A stretch of 64,000 nt of DNA from Alkalispirochaeta sp. (GTDB taxonomy: Bacteria; Spirochaetota; Spirochaetia; DSM-27196; Alkalispirochaetaceae), in assembly GCA_965601925.1 (NCBI GenBank), contig OZ271854.1:4960001-5024000 (forward strand). The letters are read 5' to 3'. How positions within the stretch are numbered: the first letter of the stretch is position 1; each line of letters begins with the position of its first letter. The notes beneath the pieces were generated by a model. The model worked only from the letters and a program-made list of their open reading frames with translations, had not been told where the DNA came from and did no database searches. The position numbers and the translations under genes are program-made. Shown in pieces: positions 47,669 through 56,343 of this stretch.

Positions 47669-48916
47669 TCATCGATTCTCGAGTTCCGAAAGGCGCCGAT
47701 GGAGATAGCGGCGTTCCGGTTCCTGGCGGGCGAGCTCCAGAGCGCGCCGGTACGCGGCGACCGACTCGGTGACGCTCCCTTGACGGCGCAGAAGATCCGC
47801 GAGTGTCGCGTGAGCCAAATGGTATGTCGAAAGGTCGTTGCGTTCCAGTATTGCATTGACCAACCGGATACCGGCGGCCGGGCCGTCGCGCATCGCGACG
47901 GCGACGGCCCGGTTGAGCTCGGCGACCGGCGATCGGTCCACCGTCAGCAAGAGATCGTACAGCACGACGATGCGGGACCAGTTCGTATGTGTCGGTTGGG
48001 AGGCGCCGGCGTGCTCTGCGGCGATTGCGGCTTGTACCGTATACGGCCCGATACGACGCGAGGCCATGGCGCGACCGACGAGACCCAACCCTTCAGTGAT
48101 CTGAGCTCGGTTCCATAGCGATCGATCCTGGTCCTCCAGCGTTATGATATCGCCGTCGACCGTGGTGCGCGCATCGCGGCGGGAGTCGTGAAGGAGCGTC
48201 AGCGCGAGGAGCCCCAGCGCTTCGGAGTCGGGGATAAGCTCCGCCGTAAGCCGCGCCAGGCGAATGGCCTCTCCCGTAAGATCGGATCGCGTGACATCGT
48301 CGCCCACCGACGCCGCGTAGCCTTCGTTAAACACCAAGTAGATTATGCGTAACACGGCGTCGAGTCGCGCGGGAAGATGCCGTGCCGACGGCAGCTCGAA
48401 GGGTATCCTACGCTCACGAATGCGGTTCTTGGCACGTACGATACGTTGCGCCACGGCTGAGGTTTTCGTAAGGTACGCCCGCGCGATCTCCTCGGTCGTG
48501 AGCCCACACACTTCTCGCAGTGTCAGCGCGATGCGGGCGTCGTCGGACAGGTCGGGATGGCAACAGAGAAAGATGAGGCGCAGTTGATCGTCGGCGACCT
48601 CTTTCGGCGTGGTGACATCGTCGGTTGCCGCCACGTCCCCCTCTCGACCACACAGCGACTCGAACCGGGCGCGACGCCGTCGGGCATCAATTGCCTTAAA
48701 TCGTCCCGTTGAAACGAGCCAGGCGTACGGATTGGCCGGCACGCCGTCTCTCGGCCACTGTTCGAGGGCTGCGCGAAAGGCGATGTGCAGCGCATCCTCG
48801 GCGTAGTCGAGGTCACCGAGGAGGCGAACCAAGGTCGCCAGGACGCGGCGCGATTCAGAGCGGTAGACCGCGTCTACCGCCGCGTTCACGTCTTCGGAAT
48901 CATTCGTAGCGTTCAA
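47669..48916 (-). CDS. ECF sigma factor with long C-terminal TPR-like extension (ECF42 type)
   Basis: AEDAL, LRLIFLCCHP, GLTTEEIARA, IYLVFNEGY, DQDRSLW, YTVQAAIAAEH; downstream of a DGPF/YCII gene. Confidence 0.9.
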   Translation of the reverse strand: MNATNDSEDVNAAVDAVYRSESRRVLATLVRLLGDLDYAEDALHIAFRAALEQWPRDGVPANPYAWLVSTGRFKAIDARRRRARFESLCGREGDVAATDDVTTPKEVADDQLRLIFLCCHPDLSDDARIALTLREVCGLTTEEIARAYLTKTSAVAQRIVRAKNRIRERRIPFELPSARHLPARLDAVLRIIYLVFNEGYAASVGDDVTRSDLTGEAIRLARLTAELIPDSEALGLLALTLLHDSRRDARTTVDGDIITLEDQDRSLWNRAQITEGLGLVGRAMASRRIGPYTVQAAIAAEHAGASQPTHTNWSRIVVLYDLLLTVDRSPVAELNRAVAVAMRDGPAAGIRLVNAILERNDLSTYHLAHATLADLLRRQGSVTESVAAYRRALELARQEPERRYLHRRLSELENR

Positions 48917-49054
48917 CGGTGTACACGTTCATCGACGGGCCGACGTCGCGTGGCGCGGTCGGCGCGCTACGCTCTACTCGACAGTCGCACGTTTCGCCCC
49001 GGCGTCCACGCGTTTTTTTCCTCTCCTGCTCGTCGTGTACCTGAGCACGGTATC

Positions 49055-49480
49055 TCATCGGCCGGGCTCGATCTCTTTACGCATGGCAGCTTCCGCCTCG
49101 CGAAGTTCCGGAGTGAACTCCTCACCAAAGTCGTCGTCCTCAAAGACGGGTCGGATTTCCAGCAGGCTCTCCTCTCCGGTAGCGTTGGGGCACCGCTTGG
49201 CCCACGCGATCGCATCCTCCATCGAGTCGACCTTCCAAAGCCAGTAACCCGCTATAAGCTCCTTGGTTTCCGCAAAGGGGCCGTCCACCACGCTTCGCGC
49301 GTCGCCCGAGAAGCGGACGCGTACGCCGCGAGAACTCGGATGGAGTCCCTCGCCACCCACCATGACGCCGGCGTCCACCAACTCTTGATTGTAGGCGACC
49401 ATGGCTGTCAACAGCTCGTTACTCGGTAGAACGCCGGCTTCCGAATCTTTGCTCGCTTTCACCAACACCATTACTCTCAT
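49055..49480 (-). CDS. YCII/DGPF domain protein
   Basis: VDGPFAETKELIAGYW. Confidence 0.92.
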   Translation of the reverse strand: MRVMVLVKASKDSEAGVLPSNELLTAMVAYNQELVDAGVMVGGEGLHPSSRGVRVRFSGDARSVVDGPFAETKELIAGYWLWKVDSMEDAIAWAKRCPNATGEESLLEIRPVFEDDDFGEEFTPELREAEAAMRKEIEPGR

Positions 49481-49498
49481 AGTGCCTCCTACATATTA

Positions 49499-49525
49499 GT
49501 CGAACTACGGGCTCCGCTTTCGACA
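49499..49525 (-). promoter_or_regulatory. ECF42-type promoter
   Basis: TGTCGA - 17 bp - CGAC upstream of the DGPF gene, matching the described ECF42 consensus (TGTCGA / CG(A/T)C). Confidence 0.75.
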
Positions 49526-49604
49526 AGATAATTCATTTCTACCTCGCCATCGTAGGACGACACCATGCGAGAGCTGCACGCCTCCATGCGGTCGGCACCG
49601 TACT

Positions 49605-50786
49605 CTACAGCGTGACGGCCACTTTGCCGCGGGCGTGTCCCCCCTCGATGTAGTCGATCGCTCGGGGTAGCTCCTCGAAGGGGTAACGACGATCGATTAC
49701 CGGCGAGACCCGACCCGACTCCACGAGATCGGCGAGCACTTCCAGGTCCTCGGCGGTCGTTTTAGCGAGCAAGAATCCGACATGTCGTCCACCGGGCTTC
49801 GGCCCTTTGCGCGCCTGCATCGATATCGCGAAAACTCGCCCGATGGACGTAAACCCGACGACGACCGCGACTCCACCGGGAGTTAAGGCCCGTTTGAGCT
49901 CGGACGCCGAGTGGTTTCCCACGGTATCGCAGATCACATCGTATCGCGTGCCGAGTGAGGTACCGTCATCACGATGGGGATCGATCATTTCATCCACGGC
50001 GACGGAACCGCTCGGTTTGCCGGCCCCGACGCCGCCGGCACCGTTCACGCGGACTCCGAGAGAACTGGAGAGGATTCCGCCGGGAGTACGGGCCGGCCCG
50101 GGTTTGGAGGTCCGACGGCTCGCCACGGCGTCGCGGATAGTGCGGTGTCGCTCGCCGGAGGCAGTGAAATCTTCACGGTGGTAGTCGATCATCTCGTCCG
50201 CGCCGATGGAACGGACCATGTCGTGATTTCCCGCGCTGCTTACGCCGGTCACATGAGCTCCAAACGCCTTGGCGATTTGGACGGCGTACGTTCCTACCCC
50301 GCCCGACGCTCCGTTGACGAGAACTCTCTGCCCCGCACGAAGCCGCCCGCCGTCCCGCAAGGCCTGAAGCGCGGTGAGTCCCGCAATGGGAAGCGTCGCC
50401 GCCTCGTCGAACGAGATACCGACCGGTTTTTCGGCGAGTTGATCCTGCGTTGCGCAGACGCGTTGGGCAAAGGCGCCGAGCATACGTTCGCCGTGCGTGC
50501 AGGCGCCGAACACCTCGTCCCCGGGTCGAAAGCGCGTCACCTTCGGACCCACAGCGACGACCACGCCGGCAAGGTCGGCGCCGATTATCGCGCGTTTGGG
50601 CCGCAGCAGGCCGGCGGAGAGTCGCGTCAACTTCGGCATACCCCGAAGATAGTGCCAATCGTAGGGATTGACCGAGACGCCTCGGACATCGATAAGGACC
50701 TCGTTTTCGCCCGGGATCGGTTCGGCGACCTCTTCGAGATGCATCACTTCGGGCCCACCGTAGCGACGGCTCACATAGGCCCTCAT
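49605..50786 (-). CDS. MDR-family NAD(P)-dependent quinone oxidoreductase-like protein with internal duplication
   Basis: YGGPEV, SVNPYD, PIAGLTALQ, VLVNGASGGVG, GHARGK; extra 68-aa segment. Confidence 0.88.
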   Translation of the reverse strand: MRAYVSRRYGGPEVMHLEEVAEPIPGENEVLIDVRGVSVNPYDWHYLRGMPKLTRLSAGLLRPKRAIIGADLAGVVVAVGPKVTRFRPGDEVFGACTHGERMLGAFAQRVCATQDQLAEKPVGISFDEAATLPIAGLTALQALRDGGRLRAGQRVLVNGASGGVGTYAVQIAKAFGAHVTGVSSAGNHDMVRSIGADEMIDYHREDFTASGERHRTIRDAVASRRTSKPGPARTPGGILSSSLGVRVNGAGGVGAGKPSGSVAVDEMIDPHRDDGTSLGTRYDVICDTVGNHSASELKRALTPGGVAVVVGFTSIGRVFAISMQARKGPKPGGRHVGFLLAKTTAEDLEVLADLVESGRVSPVIDRRYPFEELPRAIDYIEGGHARGKVAVTL

Positions 50787-51145
50787 GATTGCTCCTCCTC
50801 ATTCATGTATTGCTTCAAATGTCGCCGTCGCCGCCGGTCGCTGCGTTTACTTCCTCGGTCGTTTGAGTTACCGAATCCTTTGAAGAAAATACAGCTGAGC
50901 ACGAGCAAACCCGCCGTCTGCCAATAGGTGATCGTCGGCAGATTGAAGATCTCCGGCATCAACCGGTTCCACAGGAGCATGGTTACCAGGATTACCACCG
51001 CGAAGAAACCCGCGGCCAGAATCGCGAAACCGATTCCCATAAGAATCTTGATGGGCAGGCTACGCTCCCCCCACCAACCGTCGGAGCCGCACCACCCGTC
51101 CGATCGCCGCTCGTCGTCCTTGGGGCCGTTGTCTTGATCCGTCAT
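50783..51145 (-). CDS. Small membrane protein downstream of an ECF sigma (candidate anti-sigma or partner)
   Basis: 2 TM with LWNRLMPEIFNLPTITYWQ. Confidence 0.7.
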   Translation of the reverse strand: MTDQDNGPKDDERRSDGWCGSDGWWGERSLPIKILMGIGFAILAAGFFAVVILVTMLLWNRLMPEIFNLPTITYWQTAGLLVLSCIFFKGFGNSNDRGSKRSDRRRRRHLKQYMNEEEQS

Positions 51146-51187
51146 ACCGTTCCTCCCCGGGCTCCGATCTCCTCGGGCGCCCGCTTA

Positions 51188-51742
51188 TTACTCGTTGATC
51201 CAGTGCCGCAGGGCACGGGAGAGATTCTTCACCGCATACCGTTTTCGAGCTTTGAGAGTGTCGACGCTCACCCCCATCGTCCTCGCCATGGATTGAAAGG
51301 TCTGCCCGCCGAAAACCTGAGCCTCGATTACGCGCCGCTGTTCGGTTGGAAGCACCCGAATGGCGTCGTTCAGAGCGTCGATGAGAGAGGACCGAACATA
51401 CCCCTCGAGAGGATCCAGACCGGCACCGGCGATGATTTCACACAACAGTTCTTCGGCGATATCGGTCTCTCCGGACGACCGCCGAACCCGCTCGTGACGC
51501 CAGAGGTCTATCATCCGCCGAGTGATGGATGAGTAGATCCACGCCGATAGGTTGCGAATACCGTCCAGCACCGACAAGCTCTCGATCGTGTCGACGTACA
51601 CGTCGTGAAGCAGGTCCTCCGCCTCCTCCAAGCTCCGACCGGCCGAGCGCATTCGCGCCATCATCCGCGGCTTCTCTCTGATGTAGGTCGCCTCGACGCG
51701 CCGGTGCGAGTCGCTTTCCTGTACGGCCGATTCTTTCTTCAT
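51188..51742 (-). CDS. ECF sigma-70 factor
   Basis: EAEDLLHDV, SAWIY..IDLWR (region 2); LPTEQR..GVSVDTLKARKRYA (region 4). Confidence 0.9.
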   Translation of the reverse strand: MKKESAVQESDSHRRVEATYIREKPRMMARMRSAGRSLEEAEDLLHDVYVDTIESLSVLDGIRNLSAWIYSSITRRMIDLWRHERVRRSSGETDIAEELLCEIIAGAGLDPLEGYVRSSLIDALNDAIRVLPTEQRRVIEAQVFGGQTFQSMARTMGVSVDTLKARKRYAVKNLSRALRHWINE

Positions 51743-51934
51743 AGCGTTCGGTGATATAGACGGATCAATACCGTTTTGGGTGTGTCGAATGTACAGTTTT
51801 TACCGCTCGGGAGCGCCGTGGTCGCCTCGATGCGCCTCTTTCAAGGGAGCGGCATCGAGGCCCAACGATTTCGAGGCGTTCGTCGAGGAAGAGCTCAATG
51901 GGCGTACGCCGCGTTTCCGTGTACATTTGAGGCG

Positions 51935-52516
51935 ATGGCTTGGAGCGTATTCTTCCGAGTGCCCGAGGCGGAACTTCTCGAGAGAAGAAACGACGTCTTT
52001 GTTGAGCGAGGAATCCCGGCGTTGAGGTGGAACGGATTCAGCCGCTCGCCCTTCCGGGGCACGTGGTTCGGAAAGGACGATACGGGCGATTACGAATACG
52101 AGCTGTGCAGATTATCGAACGACGCGCAGTTGGAAATCATCTCGGTGTACATCTCCTCGGGAGATACGTGGATCAAAATACACTTGAACGTCTTCGCACT
52201 ACGCCCCGACGTGCATTCCCTGGAACGGTTGGAAGGGGTAGATGGACTGAAGTTTCATCTTCCGCCGAACAGCATCTCCAAAATGCGGTTACGCATTGAC
52301 GATTACCGCGGGATGCCCCTTTTTCGAACGAAAGAGCATAAAATCGGGCGTTATCACTCTCAAAGCGGTTTCGAGCGCGCTCTACGCGCGCTGGGCGACC
52401 TCATCGAGCACGATCTGTCGAATATTCGGTATTTCGTTGAGAGATGGTTTGAGATGCATCATATCCGCGCAACCACCTGGGAAGGCGAAGCCGTACCCGA
52501 TCCGCACGCATCGTAA
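51935..52516 (+). CDS. Hypothetical protein
   Basis: Protein-like ORF filling the gap; TACATT - 7 nt - ATG at 51935; no family recognised. Confidence 0.55.
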   Translation: MAWSVFFRVPEAELLERRNDVFVERGIPALRWNGFSRSPFRGTWFGKDDTGDYEYELCRLSNDAQLEIISVYISSGDTWIKIHLNVFALRPDVHSLERLEGVDGLKFHLPPNSISKMRLRIDDYRGMPLFRTKEHKIGRYHSQSGFERALRALGDLIEHDLSNIRYFVERWFEMHHIRATTWEGEAVPDPHAS

Positions 52517-52530
52517 TCGGTAAAGTCGCA

Positions 52531-53424
52531 TCACGCGTTGAGCTCGACCTCGGGCGAGGCGCTTCCGGTACCGAGGGCGACTATGCCGACGGTGAGAACG
52601 CCTAAGCCTATGACCGACCACGGTCCTATCCGCGATCCGTCGACCAAGGCGGCGGTCAAAAGAAGGGGAAGTGCGACGTAGGCGACGTTGTACACCGCTC
52701 CCATGACCGACGCGCGGCACGAGCGGATGTACGACCACTGAATCATGCCGAAGGCCCCCGCCGCACCCAGAAAACTCGCTCCGAATAGCCACCATCCGCC
52801 CGCGTCGGTGGGAAGCAGCGTGTTCTGGGCCGCCCCGGCCTGCGAGACTCCCTTGACGACCGCCTCCAGCGCCGCAAGACCACCGGCAAAAAATCCGAAG
52901 AATATCTCCTGCACCGGTAGAGAGCGCCCTTTGAGCGCGATGGACCCCACCGGCGAGACCACGATCCATACAACGGCAATCGTAATCAGGAGCGTTCGGT
53001 CGGCCGTGAATAGTGACACGCGATCGCCGAGAAGGTTTCCCGCGCCGACCAGGAGCGTACCGACCAGCACCACGGCGATACCGACGAGCTGCTTGAGGTG
53101 TATCTCCTCACCCAGTACGAGGCGAGCGAAGATGACCAGTGCGACCAACCCGACGCCGTACATAGAAGTGTAGAAGACCGTCGGTGCAAAGCGGTTGGCC
53201 AGGATAACCCACAGAGGATTGGTAAAGTTCATCGCGACCCCGATGGTGTAGGCAACCGACGCGCGCCGCCGCGCGGAGGGATCGGCGTCCCCCAGTTGCA
53301 TGCCGGTAATACCGAGGCGCATCATTCCCTTGGAAAGGTGGATCGTCGTTGTACCGGCAATCCCGATCGCCATGGCAATCACAGCGCCGAGACGTTCGTC
53401 GATGATCATCGGGTGAAGATACAC
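52531..53424 (-). CDS. DMT/EamA-like membrane protein
   Basis: About 9-10 TM; FARLVLGEEIHLKQLVG is DMT-like. Confidence 0.65.
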   Translation of the reverse strand: MYLHPMIIDERLGAVIAMAIGIAGTTTIHLSKGMMRLGITGMQLGDADPSARRRASVAYTIGVAMNFTNPLWVILANRFAPTVFYTSMYGVGLVALVIFARLVLGEEIHLKQLVGIAVVLVGTLLVGAGNLLGDRVSLFTADRTLLITIAVVWIVVSPVGSIALKGRSLPVQEIFFGFFAGGLAALEAVVKGVSQAGAAQNTLLPTDAGGWWLFGASFLGAAGAFGMIQWSYIRSCRASVMGAVYNVAYVALPLLLTAALVDGSRIGPWSVIGLGVLTVGIVALGTGSASPEVELNA

Positions 53425-53490
53425 CTATTACGACGCAAAATCGACGTATCGCTCCCCACGCAACGGCATGCGCGAGACGCCGTCTACCGG

Positions 53491-54552
53491 TTAATGCACA
53501 ACAGGAGGCGTTATGATTCCGCGGTCGTAGTACATGTAGTGAATCGCGCCGTCGGCGGTTCCCAATCGTTCACCGCGCCGCACCACCTCATCGTCGCTAC
53601 GGTGCGTATCGCGTAACCCCGATACGACGACGGTCTGGCCGGTATGTCGGTTCGTCACCTGTACTCGGAGTCCCAACACGGTATCGCGATGCACGTTCAC
53701 CTCCCCCGCCACGGGGGAGACGACCGCGACGGGTCCTTCCGCTCGCGGTGTAAGGACCACTCCCGCCGGCGTCGGCTCGCCGGGCGTACCTTCGACGTAC
53801 TCTTGGTGGAACGGTACTACCAACGGCGATCCGGACGGCCTATCGGGCGCGTACTCGGCGATGGTACGATCGCGCCACCGTAACGCGAACCGATCGTGCA
53901 GCCACTGCGCAGCGTTGACATCCGCGACCCAGTCGAGACCGGGACTATGGGAACTCGCGATGGAAAGATGCAAGTGCTCTTCGATGTACTGCGTCGCGTT
54001 CCCCGTTCGTCCGATCTCACCGAGCCTCTGACCGGCCGCAACGCGGGCGCTCGTCTCGATCCACGTCGTATCCAGGTGGGCGTAGTAGTACTGATATCCG
54101 TCGTCACCGCGAAGGATAAGCGCGATTCCGCCGGCGGGATTGTCGGAGCGAGTCACCTCGCCGTCGGTGATCGCCACCACCGACCGAACACCGAAGGCGC
54201 GAAAAAGGGACGAGCCCGCCGGAACGGCCGGATCGATCTCGATATCGACGGCGTTACTCCCGTCCCAGTGGATATACGTCCACGAGAGAAAGTCGAGTTC
54301 CCCGGCAACGGGGAACACGTGCCGCCCGTCACGGGAGAAATGGAGGTACTCCTCATCCCCGTGCGCACGGCGACGCTCCCACCATACATACGTCGACAGC
54401 GAGGCCAACGCGGCAAGGGCAAGCGCTGCGACGATGATGTATCGACTCCACGGCCGCTTTCGCCCGAAGCGCCGGGGAAGCGCCGGCTCTTCACTCGATC
54501 CGGCGTTACCGGGAGGTACTATTTCATTCGTCATCACATTGAATATCGGCAC
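53491..54552 (-). CDS. Membrane-anchored M23 family peptidase
   Basis: N-terminal TM; AITDG, YYYAHL, VAAGQRLGEIGRTGNA, HLH; second degenerate M23-like domain (SPVAG..VRRGERLG..IHY). Confidence 0.82.
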   Translation of the reverse strand: MPIFNVMTNEIVPPGNAGSSEEPALPRRFGRKRPWSRYIIVAALALAALASLSTYVWWERRRAHGDEEYLHFSRDGRHVFPVAGELDFLSWTYIHWDGSNAVDIEIDPAVPAGSSLFRAFGVRSVVAITDGEVTRSDNPAGGIALILRGDDGYQYYYAHLDTTWIETSARVAAGQRLGEIGRTGNATQYIEEHLHLSIASSHSPGLDWVADVNAAQWLHDRFALRWRDRTIAEYAPDRPSGSPLVVPFHQEYVEGTPGEPTPAGVVLTPRAEGPVAVVSPVAGEVNVHRDTVLGLRVQVTNRHTGQTVVVSGLRDTHRSDDEVVRRGERLGTADGAIHYMYYDRGIITPPVVH

Positions 54553-54598
54553 ATTGGCCCGGTATCAGTGAATCCCGCCCGCTCGCGCTGTACAACGC

Positions 54599-55414
54599 TT
54601 AATAGCGTTCCAGGAGCCGGTGGAGCGCATCCCCCAAAAGGTGGAACGTTAGTGACGATATGGTCAGCGCTACGCCGGGAACGATGATAAGCCACGGCGC
54701 GTCCGCGGCGTAGAGGCGGCCTTCGGCCAACACGGCTCCCAACTCGGGAGCGGGGGGCTGCGCACCGAATCCGAGAAAGCTGAGCGCCCCGACCACCAGA
54801 ATCATCGTCCCGACCCGCCCGCTGAAAAAGATACTCAAGGAGGGCAGCAGATGCGGGACGACGTGCCGTGTCAGAAGCCATTGACGATCGGCGCCGCAGC
54901 TCACCGAGGCGTCGATAAAGGGACGCGACAACACGCCGCGGGCGCGATCATACACGAATCGCCCGGTTCCCGGGATCGCCGCGATACCGAGGGCTGCGGT
55001 GATGCTCATCTGGGACGGACCGAAGGTGGCGGCGAAAACGAGTACGAGCAGAAATCCGGGAAAGGCGAGCGCAGAGGTGAGCAGCCCCGCCAGGAGTCCC
55101 GGTATCGACTTTCGAGCCGCCGATAGGCCGAGGGGCACCCCGAAAGTCGCCGCCAAAGCGACCGCACCGAGGGCGCTGGCCACGGTTCGGTGCGCTCCCA
55201 GTACGACGCGGCCGGCGAGGTCGCGCCCGAGCGCGTCGGTTCCCAGCGTATGTGTGTCCGAGGGCGGGAGGAGACGTTCGTCGACGGAGATCGTCGTCGG
55301 ATCACCGTTAACGAGCCACGCGCCGGCAAACATCGCGAGTATCGCTCCGGCCGCAACGCAGATCGGACCCAATCGCGACGCCCTTATCGCAATCGCTCGC
55401 ACGTGCTTCGTCAT
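54599..55414 (-). CDS. Dpp/Opp/Nik-type ABC permease (DppC-like)
   Basis: HTLGTDALGRD, FIDASVSCGA, HVVP, LSFLGFG. Confidence 0.9.
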   Translation of the reverse strand: MTKHVRAIAIRASRLGPICVAAGAILAMFAGAWLVNGDPTTISVDERLLPPSDTHTLGTDALGRDLAGRVVLGAHRTVASALGAVALAATFGVPLGLSAARKSIPGLLAGLLTSALAFPGFLLVLVFAATFGPSQMSITAALGIAAIPGTGRFVYDRARGVLSRPFIDASVSCGADRQWLLTRHVVPHLLPSLSIFFSGRVGTMILVVGALSFLGFGAQPPAPELGAVLAEGRLYAADAPWLIIVPGVALTISSLTFHLLGDALHRLLERY

Positions 55415-56343
55415 CGCGAAGACGTCCGGCGACTCACCCGGCGCATAGGGTCGACCACCGGCAGGGCGAGGTCGATCACGGCAATTAACACAACGGTGAC
55501 CGTCGCAAAGGCTATAACCGCCCCCAGCAAGACCGGCCCGTCACGTCCGAGTGCCGCGTCGACGGCAAGACTCGCCAGCCCGGGACGGCCAAATACCGCT
55601 TCGATAACGGCGACCCCCGAGACGAGATGGATAACTTGGAGCGCCCAATAGTTGAGCACCGCGGCAAGCAACGCCGGTGCCGTGTGACGCCTTAGAATGG
55701 TGGCGCGCCCCAACCCTTTCGCGCGAGCGACGACGAGAAAGTCCCGGCGTCTCACCTCGATCACGGCGGCGCGCACCTGTCGCGCGGTACCCGGGACGAG
55801 CGGCATCGCCGCGGTAAGGGTCGGTAATATGAGATGACGCGGCGTTCCGACGCCGAACACCGGCATCCACCGCAGACGGACTGCAAACAGCCCGACAAGC
55901 AGCAGCGCAACCCAAAAGGCCGGAATCCCGGCGATTACCCCGATGCTCAACCTCAAAAGGCGATCGGTGAACGAACGTGGGCGTAGCCCCGCAGCGAGCC
56001 CGACCGCGCCGCCGATAAGGAGCGTGGCGGCAAAAGCGGTTACGGCGAGTATCATCGTATACGGCAACCGCCGGGCGACCAGGGATCGCACCGTTCGTCC
56101 CGTACGGAGCGAACGGCCCCAATCGCCCCGAGCAAGCCCCGCGACGTACCGTGCGAATCGCACGACGGTCGGATCCGAGAGTCCCAGTTCGTCGCGCAGT
56201 GTCTCCGTCCGCTCGTCCTCCATCGGGGCGTCCAGGGCGTCGAGCACGTCTCCGGGAAGCAACTCCAAGAGAAAAAAGACCACCGTCACCACGACACCAA
56301 CCGAGACAACCGACGACAGAAGAGCGCCGACAACCCGCCTCAG
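55411..56343 (-). CDS. Dpp/Opp/Nik-type ABC permease (DppB-like); probable CTG start
   Basis: LRR..FFLLELLPGD, GDWGRS, ARAKGL, IEAVFGRPG; the frame is open up to CTG 56343, which overlaps the upstream TGA. Confidence 0.85.
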   Translation of the reverse strand: MRRVVGALLSSVVSVGVVVTVVFFLLELLPGDVLDALDAPMEDERTETLRDELGLSDPTVVRFARYVAGLARGDWGRSLRTGRTVRSLVARRLPYTMILAVTAFAATLLIGGAVGLAAGLRPRSFTDRLLRLSIGVIAGIPAFWVALLLVGLFAVRLRWMPVFGVGTPRHLILPTLTAAMPLVPGTARQVRAAVIEVRRRDFLVVARAKGLGRATILRRHTAPALLAAVLNYWALQVIHLVSGVAVIEAVFGRPGLASLAVDAALGRDGPVLLGAVIAFATVTVVLIAVIDLALPVVDPMRRVSRRTSSR

